Source of the DNA: a virus
Strand: one strand, 5' to 3'
Length of the DNA: 44,512 bases
Virus record (IMG/VR): IMGVR_UViG_3300048851_000084
Span: 1 to 44,512 of that record
Shown here: positions 1 to 6,957 of the stretch, piece by piece
Numbering within the stretch: the stretch's first letter is position 1
Layout of the letters: each line of letters begins with the position of its first letter
Position numbers and translations under genes: made by a program
The notes under the pieces: generated by a model
What the model saw: only the letters and a program-made list of their open reading frames with translations
Told to the model about the DNA's origin: nothing
Databases searched by the model: none

Positions 1-127
1 GGCCGGCGAACGACGACTGGCCGCCCGAATCGCGACGATTCATAAAGCCGACACCGACGAGGACCGCGAGGACGCCGTGTGGTATGCCCGCCGCGTCCTC
101 GACCAGCTGCTGGACTGCGGTTACAGC
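1..127. repeat. Terminal overlap copy 1 (identical to 44386-44512)
   Basis: Base-by-base comparison of both ends; constant offset of 44385. Confidence 0.95.
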
Positions 128-379
128 CAGGTGGCCGCCGAGGGTCAGGCCCTGCGGATCCGCAAGGCGTCGGCCGAGGTCGCCCAGCGCCTGGCCACGG
201 TCGATGCCGCGCCTGGTGCGCTGAATGCCCTGGGCTTCAATGTGCCGCTGTTTAAGGTGCGATTGCAGCGCCTGCAAGCGGTAATCAGCCAGTACAGCCC
301 GGCCGAGTTCGCCCGCGAATGCGCGCGCCTGGCCCGCACCGCTGACCCGCGCGTGCTGGCCGAGGACGAGTTTCAGTAA
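1..379 (+). CDS. 3' part of a junction-spanning hypothetical protein (140 aa in total; starts at 44342)
   Basis: ORF 77..379 is in frame with ATG 44342 once the 127-bp overlap is collapsed. Confidence 0.5.
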   Translation, partial: AGERRLAARIATIHKADTDEDREDAVWYARRVLDQLLDCGYSQVAAEGQALRIRKASAEVAQRLATVDAAPGALNALGFNVPLFKVRLQRLQAVISQYSPAEFARECARLARTADPRVLAEDEFQ

Positions 380-434
380 ATCCCACCCTACCGCCGCGCC
401 GTTCGGTGCGGCCATCACTCCCCGAGACGCAAGC

Positions 435-656
435 ATGTCCCACTTCTACCATGTGTGTTTTTCGCAAAGCCTGGCCGACGGCCGCACCGCCGAAGGCGAC
501 GCCACCCTGGAGCTGCAAAAGCCTCTGGACTACGTCAGCGACGTGGCCCTGGTCAAGCAGCTGTTGGGTCAGCAACACCCGGGCGCCGGCATCGTGATCA
601 AGTCCTGGCAAGCGCTCAAAGGGCCGCAACGGCCGCACCAGGAGCAAGCCGCATGA
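435..656 (+). CDS. hypothetical protein (73 aa)
   Basis: ATG ORF. Its stop overlaps the next start (ATGA at 653). No motif recognised. Confidence 0.4.
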   Translation: MSHFYHVCFSQSLADGRTAEGDATLELQKPLDYVSDVALVKQLLGQQHPGAGIVIKSWQALKGPQRPHQEQAA

Positions 657-844
657 CGCCACTGCAACGTGCCACCTATGACGCCCTGGTCAAAGAGGGC
701 TTTAAATTGGTCCTGGAATCGGGCGACATTGTCCGCGTGACCCGTCACGGCGATAACCGCGTGATCTATAAAGATGGCAGCCAGAAGCGTGGCCACCACG
801 TCGCGCCTGGCCAGCTTAAAACCCGGGGCCGTGCATGTTCCTGA
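653..844 (+). CDS. hypothetical protein (63 aa)
   Basis: Internal ATG (MTPLQRATYDAL...) of track ORF 455..844, translationally coupled to the upstream ORF. Confidence 0.5.
   Translation: MTPLQRATYDALVKEGFKLVLESGDIVRVTRHGDNRVIYKDGSQKRGHHVAPGQLKTRGRACS
737..748. repeat. GTGAC-CC-GTCAC palindrome (part of the 13-mer CGTGACCCGTCAC)
   Basis: Read directly from the sequence; lies inside CDS 653..844. Confidence 0.9.
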
Positions 845-924
845 CCAGCCCCCTGGTGGCCCTGACCCTGGCCTGGCAGCGCTTGTTGCAGCCGCACAAA
901 TCAACCCGTTCTGAGGTGCCTCAC

Positions 925-1197
925 ATGAACAGCTATCAACAGGACCTGACCCGCCCGCTCAAAGCCTGGTGCGTGGGGGATTTCAATCTGTACGCGGCCG
1001 AGGACGCCGCCCAGGCGCTGACCCTGGCGTGCAACGTGGCCGGCCCGGCGAGCTACACCCTGGACGATGTCGTGCCCGCACCGGCCGACCTGCTGGACGA
1101 GCGCCTGGCCGATGCCAGCGGCACCCGCCTGTCCTGGACGCTGCGCGGGCTGCTGGTCGATGCCAAAGCCCCGGGCCATCTGGCCAGTTATGAGTGA
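925..1197 (+). CDS. hypothetical protein (90 aa)
   Basis: ATG preceded by GAGG; MNSYQQDLTRPL... Confidence 0.5.
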   Translation: MNSYQQDLTRPLKAWCVGDFNLYAAEDAAQALTLACNVAGPASYTLDDVVPAPADLLDERLADASGTRLSWTLRGLLVDAKAPGHLASYE

Positions 1198-1254
1198 TAA
1201 TCGCGGCGGCCTGGATGGCCGCCGTGTATCACCCATCGAGAAAGAGAACGGACA

Positions 1255-1506
1255 TTGATAGGCAAAGCCCTGGAGGAAGACAGCTTGCGCCTGCTGCTGA
1301 GCCAAAACGCCGTGCGAGACGCACGCGTGTACCGCTCCCAAGTGCGCCCGGGGCATTGGTCCCTGGAGATTCGCCTGGGCGGTGGTTCGTCGCGCATGAT
1401 CCCGCTGCGCTCCCGACGTGAGCCGGTGCGCACCTGGGCGTCACTGACGGCGGTGGGACGGTTTGCCGAGTCGGTGGGTTTGCTGGAATTTCGCGTGGAG
1501 CTATGA
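1255..1506 (+). CDS. hypothetical protein (83 aa), last gene of the wrap-around early operon
   Basis: TTG start after a purine-rich GAGAAAGAGAA; followed by an intrinsic terminator. Confidence 0.5.
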   Translation: MIGKALEEDSLRLLLSQNAVRDARVYRSQVRPGHWSLEIRLGGGSSRMIPLRSRREPVRTWASLTAVGRFAESVGLLEFRVEL

Positions 1507-1514
1507 CCGGTCAC
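1503..1514. repeat. ATGAC-CG-GTCAC palindrome (9/10 match) containing stop codon TGA 1504-1506
   Basis: Read directly from the sequence. Confidence 0.85.
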
Positions 1515-1533
1515 ACGGGCGTTTAAACGGCAT

Positions 1534-1566
1534 AAAAAAACCCGCCTGGTGAGCGGGTTTTTGTTT
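1534..1566. terminator. Bidirectional intrinsic terminator
   Basis: A7-CCCGC-ctggtga-GCGGG-T5. Lies between the convergent + operon (ends 1506) and - operon (ends 1579). Confidence 0.75.
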
Positions 1567-1578
1567 CCGGGGTGATGA

Positions 1579-1731
1579 TCAGCGCGGGCTGAGCGCCTGG
1601 GTGATGGCATCACGAATGCGCGGCGAGCAGCGCACCAGGTACGCGGCAATCAGCTCCAACGGCACGGCGCGGATCTGGCCGAGCTGGTTTACCGGGGTCT
1701 GACGAATTTGGGTATAATCGAATGCTGACAT
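1579..1731 (-). CDS. small hypothetical protein (50 aa), third gene of the par operon; below the ORF-track cutoff
   Basis: ATG preceded by AAGGAAAG; MSAFDYTQIRQTPVNQLGQIRAVPLELIAAYLVRCSPRIRDAITQALSPR. Confidence 0.45.
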   Translation of the reverse strand: MSAFDYTQIRQTPVNQLGQIRAVPLELIAAYLVRCSPRIRDAITQALSPR

Positions 1732-1822
1732 GGCTCACTTTCCTTTAGACGGGGATGGGGGTTTTGTCACTGGTTGCCAGGGTGGTCGAAGACCCTGGCG
1801 GCCAATCCTTCCAGACCGCTGA

Positions 1823-2098
1823 TCAGCGGTGTTTCGCCTTCAATAGCTCAAAACCTTTTTGCAGGGCTTCGCCCATTTTCATGCCGTGTTGCGCTGCCCA
1901 CACTTTGAGTTCGGCGCGGAATTCGGCGGTGACCTCGGTGTTCAATCCCACTTTGCCGGATTTGGCCGGACGGGCCAGGTTGTTGGTCAGCGCCGGGGTG
2001 TCAGAGACGCCTTTCGGTGGCTCGCCCTTGAGGCTTGCGCGCGCTTTCGGTGGCTTTGGTACGGCGGTGGTGTCGACGGTGTTGGCTGCTTTGGTCAT
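1823..2098 (-). CDS. parG: ParG-like ribbon-helix-helix centromere-binding / repressor protein (91 aa)
   Basis: Sits immediately downstream of parA. Basic, disordered N-terminal half. The C-terminus KVGLNTEVTAEFRAELKVWAAQHGMKMGEALQKGFELL fits a beta-alpha-alpha RHH fold like TP228 ParG. Confidence 0.6.
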   Translation of the reverse strand: MTKAANTVDTTAVPKPPKARASLKGEPPKGVSDTPALTNNLARPAKSGKVGLNTEVTAEFRAELKVWAAQHGMKMGEALQKGFELLKAKHR

Positions 2099-2131
2099 GT
2101 CTGCTGTTTCCTGTGGATCTGTTATCGGTGA

Positions 2132-2776
2132 TTAGGCTGCAAGCTGTTCGATTCGCTCAATTATCCCGCGAATCCACTCGTTGGCCTGTTTTTTCGGCCC
2201 TGGCGCACCTACTTCGGTGATCGCGCGGCCCTGGTCGTGCGCCTGGCTGTAGCAGGTCATAAATGAGATATGCCCCGGCGAAGATTGAAAGCCGGCCTTG
2301 TCCAGATAGATGCGCGCCTCGGCGACGTCGACCTGGCTTTTGCCCATGTTGGTCAGCGGGAACAGAATGCGCGTCGGATCTATGCCGAATTCCTGGACCA
2401 GCGACAACGCCAGGCTAACGCTCGGTTCCAGGTCGTCCAGGCCGGTGCCCGAGGGGATCAGGATCAGGTCAGACGCCTGGGCCACCTCGGCGGTTTCCTT
2501 CGATGAATAGCCTTTGCCGTCGATGATCACCAGGTCGTAATCGTCACGGCCGGCCAGCACGGTGGAAACGTGCGCGTGTTTTTCGATGGCCAGCGCCGGG
2601 GTGATGTCGCGTGCCTGACGGCGCAGGTTCCAGCTGACGGCACTGGCCTGTCCGGGGTCCATGTCGCGCACCACGGTGTTCCATCCGCCTTTCGTGAACG
2701 CCACCCCGACGGCCCGCGCAATCGTGGTTTTGCGGGTGCCTCCCTTCTGCGCGAGGATTGCTACGGTAAACGCCAT
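2132..2776 (-). CDS. parA: ParA-family partition ATPase (type Ib, 214 aa)
   Basis: Deviant Walker A AILAQKGGTRKTT at the N-terminus; start taken at MAFTVAIL (internal ATG of track ORF 2132..3184). Confidence 0.85.
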   Translation of the reverse strand: MAFTVAILAQKGGTRKTTIARAVGVAFTKGGWNTVVRDMDPGQASAVSWNLRRQARDITPALAIEKHAHVSTVLAGRDDYDLVIIDGKGYSSKETAEVAQASDLILIPSGTGLDDLEPSVSLALSLVQEFGIDPTRILFPLTNMGKSQVDVAEARIYLDKAGFQSSPGHISFMTCYSQAHDQGRAITEVGAPGPKKQANEWIRGIIERIEQLAA

Positions 2777-2797
2777 GCTAGTGCCCTTTCTTCTATT

Positions 2798-2822
2798 TTT
2801 GTAGAAAAGTAGTTTTGTAGTG
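2798..2822. promoter_or_regulatory. GTAG tetramer-box array (3 boxes, 8-bp phase) in the parA 5' UTR
   Basis: GTAG aaaa GTAG tttt GTAG at 2801/2809/2817. Confidence 0.7.
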
Positions 2823-2832
2823 CTTGCCATCG

Positions 2833-2861
2833 AGTCTAGTCGCGGCCAGGCGAGCAAGCAA
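2833..2861 (-). promoter_or_regulatory. Putative sigma70 promoter of the parA operon
   Basis: Minus strand reads TTGCTT-17 nt-TAGACT; flanked on both sides by GTAG arrays. Confidence 0.55.
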
Positions 2862-2866
2862 CAGAA

Positions 2867-2890
2867 AAATAGAAATGTAGAAATGTATTT
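2867..2890. promoter_or_regulatory. GTAG tetramer-box array upstream of the parA -35
   Basis: ATAG aaat GTAG aaat GTAT at 2869/2877/2885. Confidence 0.65.
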
Positions 2891-2905
2891 ATGGGCGCTA
2901 GCATT

Positions 2906-2939
2906 CCACCACGCGGGACGATTAGCGGCCGCGTGGTGG
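2906..2939 (-). terminator. 11-bp perfect inverted repeat (hairpin, no U-tract) between the LuxR-type gene and the parA promoter
   Basis: CCACCACGCGG-12 nt-CCGCGTGGTGG. Confidence 0.35.
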
Positions 2940-3026
2940 ATGGGGTGTCGTGGATTGGGGTGCAGTGAGGGAGAAACGGGGGGGTTAAGCGATTCGGCCG
3001 AGGTTGCCCCCGGCCTGGACAGTGAG

Positions 3027-3461
3027 CTAACCGCGTGGGTGGTGACGTTTGTTGATGTAGTCCAGGTAGTGCGGGTCCTGCACAGCGGGGCCGCGTGAGC
3101 CTCCGGCCATGATGTCGTAATCCATGGCCTTGCTGTTGGTTGGGATCTGGTGCTGTTTGAAATAGACCACGCTGGACAGCCCAACGATGGCTGCCATTAC
3201 GGCAAAGACCAAAAACGCACGCGCCTGGAGTACACCCAGGGTAAAAGCGCGGGTCAGCATGTGCGCTTTGTTGCGCGCGCCCAGCTTGCCGCGAATGCTG
3301 GCCTCGACGAACGCCATTTCGTCGGGTCTGACGCCGATGGCCTCGGCCGTGGTTGCGCACGGCTCGCCATCGGCCAGGCCGACCAGGTAGCGCAGTTCGC
3401 GACGGTCCAGGTTTTGACCTGGCCGGCCGATAACTTCCTGCCCGGTGATGATGTCCGACAT
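3027..3461 (-). CDS. LuxR/GerE-type HTH regulator with a C-terminal transmembrane helix (144 aa)
   Basis: LDRRELRYLVGLADGEPCATTAEAIGVRPDEMAFVEASIRGKLGARNKAHM matches the LuxR_C HTH pattern. It is followed by the hydrophobic stretch AFLVFAVMAAIVGLSSVVYF. Confidence 0.65.
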   Translation of the reverse strand: MSDIITGQEVIGRPGQNLDRRELRYLVGLADGEPCATTAEAIGVRPDEMAFVEASIRGKLGARNKAHMLTRAFTLGVLQARAFLVFAVMAAIVGLSSVVYFKQHQIPTNSKAMDYDIMAGGSRGPAVQDPHYLDYINKRHHPRG

Positions 3462-3471
3462 CGTCCGATCC

Positions 3472-3831
3472 TTAATCCATCGCCAATGGGTGGGGCTGCT
3501 GCATCACCTGCTGGCTGTCCAGCGTGAGGGTGGCGACCTGTTGCTGGAGCATAGACAAAGCCTGGCCACGGTCAAAAGGCTGAAAGCTGGTGACCAGGGT
3601 TAACAGGTTGTCGATGCCCCGGGCCAGGTGGGTGTTAATCAGTTTGATCTGTAGCAGTTCGCTATAACTCGCCTGTCCCTGTTCTAGCGCCGAATCGAGC
3701 AGCGTCGTTAGCACGCCGCCATAACCATCCTGGCCAACCTGGTGCAGTTCCTCGGTCAACAGACGCTGATTGTCGTCGTCGAACACGGCCACCACTCCAA
3801 CTTCGGTTATGCCAACTACTTTTTTTAGCAT
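3472..3831 (-). CDS. hypothetical protein (119 aa), co-transcribed with the LuxR-type gene
   Basis: ATG after AGGAAGGA; ends 10 bp upstream of the next start. Confidence 0.5.
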   Translation of the reverse strand: MLKKVVGITEVGVVAVFDDDNQRLLTEELHQVGQDGYGGVLTTLLDSALEQGQASYSELLQIKLINTHLARGIDNLLTLVTSFQPFDRGQALSMLQQQVATLTLDSQQVMQQPHPLAMD

Positions 3832-3891
3832 TAGTAAAGGTCCTTCCTAATATTTGTGCATCTTTATACTAAAAGTTAATTCCGCAGCCAC

Positions 3892-3913
3892 AAAAAAGCC
3901 CCGTTCGTGGGGC
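3892..3913 (-). terminator. Intrinsic terminator of the repressor gene
   Basis: Minus strand reads GCCCC-acgaac-GGGGC followed by T6. Confidence 0.7.
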
Positions 3914-3919
3914 TGGGCG

Positions 3920-4573
3920 TTATCGATACCGTGAAATGTTCGTCACGCGTCCGATTATGCACAGTGATTCTAGTGCGCTCGCCTCTATCCTTGTTTCCCT
4001 TTGGTACTCGCCATCCTCGGCGGTGACCGTAAAGCTACCGTCAAGTTCCACGCAAATCCAGCGGAACCACACTTTATTGCGCACTAACATGGCGTACATA
4101 TCGCGATTGGCCGGTATGCGCTGATCCCGATTCACCAGGGCCCGCGCGCCTTCGGGCAGTGCTGGAGCCATGCTGTTGTCGCTAGCCGCCAATAAAATCA
4201 GACGAGCGGGGTTCAGACCATGGGCCGCCAGCGCTTCGCCGCTGAATTGAACGGTGCGATCCGTCGGCAGCATGACCACGTCACCCGACGGTAAAGACAC
4301 CGGCGCGTCGTCCAGGCTGACAAATTCCCGTGCGGCGGAATCCTCGTCGCGCTTGAACTGAGTGAAACCGCATAGATAGGCCGGGGCCACGTTTAGGGCT
4401 TCGGCCAGTTCCAGGATCTGTTCCATCTTCGGCAGATTGCGGCCGCTTTCATAATGGCTGATACGGGTTTCACTAGGGGCCGACGGCATGCGCGCGCTGA
4501 GCTGACGCGCCGTTAGGTCCATTTCGGTGCGGCAGGAGCGAAGCCGACGGGCAAAGTTCTGACGGATATCCAT
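3920..4573 (-). CDS. cI-type prophage repressor (XRE HTH + S24 LexA-like autopeptidase, 217 aa)
   Basis: N-terminal HTH (LTARQLSARM...ISHYESGRNLP). C-terminal S24 motifs: DNSMAP (Ser) and VRNKVWFRW (Lys). Confidence 0.85.
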   Translation of the reverse strand: MDIRQNFARRLRSCRTEMDLTARQLSARMPSAPSETRISHYESGRNLPKMEQILELAEALNVAPAYLCGFTQFKRDEDSAAREFVSLDDAPVSLPSGDVVMLPTDRTVQFSGEALAAHGLNPARLILLAASDNSMAPALPEGARALVNRDQRIPANRDMYAMLVRNKVWFRWICVELDGSFTVTAEDGEYQRETRIEASALESLCIIGRVTNISRYR

Positions 4574-4708
4574 AGGGGGGTCTGAGGATCCTTAGTGTAA
4601 GAGTTATTCGGTGGCAAACCATATTTGCAATACTACGCATAATTAATACACTTTCTGTTAAGTGATCAAGAAAATGCCAAACAATCGGTAAAATTTCCCA
4701 AAAAAATG

Positions 4709-4737
4709 TTGAAAAACTGGCGTTATGCCGCTATAAA
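4709..4737 (+). promoter_or_regulatory. Putative rightward early promoter (PR-like)
   Basis: TTGAAA-17 nt-TATAAA in the AT-rich cI-proximal intergenic region. Confidence 0.6.
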
Positions 4738-4785
4738 TTTAACTAATTGTTAAGCATTTTCCGATTAGTTGAGTTTTCCTGGCCC

Positions 4786-5352
4786 ATGGCGACGTTTTTT
4801 TACGACCAGCTGAGCGCGCATCCGATCACCCAGGCTCTGGTCAAACGCCAGGGCCTGATCGGGCTCGGGCGCCTGGTCCGACTGCTGGAGGATTGCACCG
4901 ACGCGGGCCTAGTCGGCATGACCAAGGCCGACTGGTCCCATGCTCTGGCGTGCCCCTTGTCCGAGCTGGACGCGTTGATGTCTGAGCTGGCTCGCCTGGG
5001 CGTTTTGGGCAAGCAATGGGCCGACCCTGGCCAAGGCCTGGCCATGGTGGCCCTGGGTGACGGCCTGCGTTTTCTGCTGGCTCGTCCCGACCCGTCGACC
5101 GTGATCTATACCCGCGCTGCGCAGTGGGCCGAGTGGATGACCGCCGAACTGGCGGCCCCGGGCTGGCTGACCAGCGATCCCGCCTCACAAGAATTGTTCC
5201 GTCGGTGGTGCGCCTCTAACGCCACCCTGGCCGAAATGAACCGGGCCGCCGAGCTGGCCGCCCAGGTCCCTGATATTTCCCCTAACGGCCTGTTCAACGC
5301 CTGGAAACAGGTGCGCGCCGAACGAGTTTCCCAAGCCTACAGCCGCGCCTGA
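4786..5352 (+). CDS. hypothetical early protein (188 aa)
   Basis: ATG MATFFYDQLSAHPITQALVKRQGLIGLGRLVRLLE.... Weak resemblance to phage replisome-organiser N-termini. Track ORF starts at TTG 4747. Confidence 0.55.
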   Translation: MATFFYDQLSAHPITQALVKRQGLIGLGRLVRLLEDCTDAGLVGMTKADWSHALACPLSELDALMSELARLGVLGKQWADPGQGLAMVALGDGLRFLLARPDPSTVIYTRAAQWAEWMTAELAAPGWLTSDPASQELFRRWCASNATLAEMNRAAELAAQVPDISPNGLFNAWKQVRAERVSQAYSRA

Positions 5353-5399
5353 TCGGGTGCGGCCTGCCCGTCCTGGGCACCCTTCTACAAGGTATTGCA

Positions 5400-5804
5400 A
5401 TGATCCTTATCGGTCTGTTTGGTGGCTCGCCTGAGTCCCGCGAAGAAATCACCCGCCTGATGCTAGCCGCTGCCGGCAGCGACCTGGGCGCCTACGGTCT
5501 GTCGCCATCGCAGGGCCTGGATGGCCCGGCCCGCGCGGAAAAACTCGCTGTCGTGCTGCGTGGCCTGGGGCCCCAGGTCAAGGACCGCGGACTATTGATC
5601 AGCCACGTTCTGACCACGGCCGAAGCTGACGCCATACGCGCCCGGGGCGGTCGCCTGCTGTATGTCCAGGGCGCGCCGTGCGAACAGATCGCGATCAGCC
5701 GGCACGACCTGGCCGTGACGGTCACGCCAGGCGGCGACCGGCACTACCTGGACCCGGTCGAAGCGTATTCGGAAATCCTGCTGTCGCAACGGCGGGTGCG
5801 TTGA
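5400..5804 (+). CDS. hypothetical protein (134 aa) with a degenerate P-loop-like N-terminus
   Basis: MILIGLFGGSPESREEI resembles phage dNMP-kinase-like N-termini but lacks GK[ST]. Confidence 0.45.
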   Translation: MILIGLFGGSPESREEITRLMLAAAGSDLGAYGLSPSQGLDGPARAEKLAVVLRGLGPQVKDRGLLISHVLTTAEADAIRARGGRLLYVQGAPCEQIAISRHDLAVTVTPGGDRHYLDPVEAYSEILLSQRRVR

Positions 5805-6007
5805 TGGCCCTGCCGTCGTATGCCTACGGTGACCCGGCTTTGATCGCCGAGCGCGACGAGCTGCACCGGATGGGCTGTCGTGCCTGCGTGCGCGCTGAGC
5901 GCGTGCTGGGTGAGTACGTCTGTACAACCTCGCTCAAATACCCGGCGTGCCGGCAAGAGCCCCGCAAGGGTTACAAGCTGCTGGCCAGTGCCGGGGGTGA
6001 GCGGTGA
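5804..6007 (+). CDS. small Cys-rich hypothetical protein (67 aa)
   Basis: TGATG coupling to the upstream gene; four Cys in CRACVRAERVLGEYVCTTSLKYPAC. Confidence 0.45.
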   Translation: MALPSYAYGDPALIAERDELHRMGCRACVRAERVLGEYVCTTSLKYPACRQEPRKGYKLLASAGGER

Positions 6008-6462
6008 GCGCCAAGCCTGGCCGCCTAGAGCGCCGTCTGGATGCCTGGGCGCGCTGGGTGGTATCGGGCGGCCAGGACAAGGCCCCGCCGTCGCTGCTGG
6101 CCCGCTGGATGGCCGGCAAAGGTCACATCGTCTTCGGCGGTGGATCGAGCGCGCCCAGCGACGTGATCGAAACCGTGATCGAGGCGACGGTTATGCAGAT
6201 GTTCGCCGAGGACGCCCTGGGCCAGCTGCGCGCCGATGTGTTGCGCCTGGAGTTCGGCGCCGGATCGCACCAGGTCGCCCAGCGCCGGGGCATTAAGGGC
6301 TTCGATCCGCGCACGCGCAGCCAAGCCAAAATGGCCGAGGCCCTGGGGATCAGTTACCGCACCTATCGCCGCCGCCTGGCGGAAGCCAAAGCCATCGTAA
6401 ACGCTGCATTGACCGCCGCGCTGCCACCTCGGGAGAAAGCCACATGTCCCGCTACAAACTGA
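6004..6462 (+). CDS. Q21/QuuD-like late antiterminator candidate (152 aa)
   Basis: GTGA-coupled start. N-terminal LERRLDAWARWV parallels the LERWGAWA motif of the Phage_antitermQ family. C-terminal HTH-like MAEALGISYRTYRRRLAEAKAIV. Confidence 0.45.
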   Translation: MSAKPGRLERRLDAWARWVVSGGQDKAPPSLLARWMAGKGHIVFGGGSSAPSDVIETVIEATVMQMFAEDALGQLRADVLRLEFGAGSHQVAQRRGIKGFDPRTRSQAKMAEALGISYRTYRRRLAEAKAIVNAALTAALPPREKATCPATN

Positions 6463-6812
6463 TTGAACGCAACCAGGCCCCGCGCAAGAACCGAGGGTTG
6501 TACAGCGCCGATGTCGTGCGTTTCCAGGCTAGTGAAAAGTATGTGTCCGCCTACAGCCTGGACGGGGAAATTTTGCTGCGCGATTCGCTCACCAGCCTGG
6601 AGGCCGAATTCCCTGGGCGTTTCTTCCGTGCCCATCCTGCGCACCTGGTCGACGTCCAGCGCATCACCCGCATCGACGTCCAGCGCACCCAGGTCGATGG
6701 CAAGAAGCGTCAGCGTCTGCATGTCGAGCTGCGCGAAGTGCCGGGCCTGGTGCCCCTGGGTCGCCGTCAGCTGCGCAAGTTGCTGGAGCGCCGGCCCGAC
6801 CTGGCGTCCTGA
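6444..6812 (+). CDS. stand-alone LytTR DNA-binding domain protein (122 aa)
   Basis: VVRFQASEKYVSAYSLDGEILLRDSLTSLEAEFPGRFFRAHPAHLVDVQRI fits the LytTR consensus (..yv.v.t.....lr.sL..le..lp..FfRvHrS.lVN...I). Confidence 0.65.
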   Translation: MSRYKLIERNQAPRKNRGLYSADVVRFQASEKYVSAYSLDGEILLRDSLTSLEAEFPGRFFRAHPAHLVDVQRITRIDVQRTQVDGKKRQRLHVELREVPGLVPLGRRQLRKLLERRPDLAS

Positions 6813-6836
6813 TCCAAGCAGGCCGCGCAATGCGGT

Positions 6837-6868
6837 CTGTAGTTAAATAGATTTGTAGAAAAGTAGAC
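6837..6868. promoter_or_regulatory. GTAG tetramer-box array (4 boxes, 8-bp phase) upstream of int
   Basis: GTAG ttaa ATAG attt GTAG aaaa GTAG at 6839/6847/6855/6863. Confidence 0.7.
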
Positions 6869-6957
6869 CACTCCCCCGCTGCCTGGCGTTCTGCCGGGTG
6901 GCTTTCGGCTGCCTGCCGTTTGGCATGCGGTCCCGCTGCATTGAGGACGCCCGCGCA

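Noticed and set aside
2777-3184. N-terminal 136-aa extension of the 350-aa track ORF 2132..3184 (ParA).
   Set aside because: The extension is Pro/Thr/Ser/Arg-rich and runs across the parA promoter, the GTAG arrays and an 11-bp hairpin. It also overlaps the 3' end of the LuxR-type gene. The Walker A box follows directly after the internal ATG at 2776, which has an upstream purine-rich RBS.
4574-4785. Search for a small cro-like ORF and for repeated operators in the cI-PR intergenic region.
   Set aside because: Only peptides of 5-14 codons are present, and the first plausible rightward gene starts at 4786. Partial repeats (CTTAGTGTAAG, TTAAGTGATC, TTAAGCATT) are too degenerate for me to define operators by eye.
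5715-5725. GTGAC-N1-GTCAC sites (5715, 22083, 23199, 30672, 30720), considered as further copies of the boundary palindrome.
   Set aside because: All encode Val-Thr-Val-Thr (GTG ACN GTC ACN) within beta-rich proteins, so codon usage explains them. The spacing also differs, so they were excluded from the count. The single-mismatch N2 variants at 23658 and 37889 were likewise not counted.
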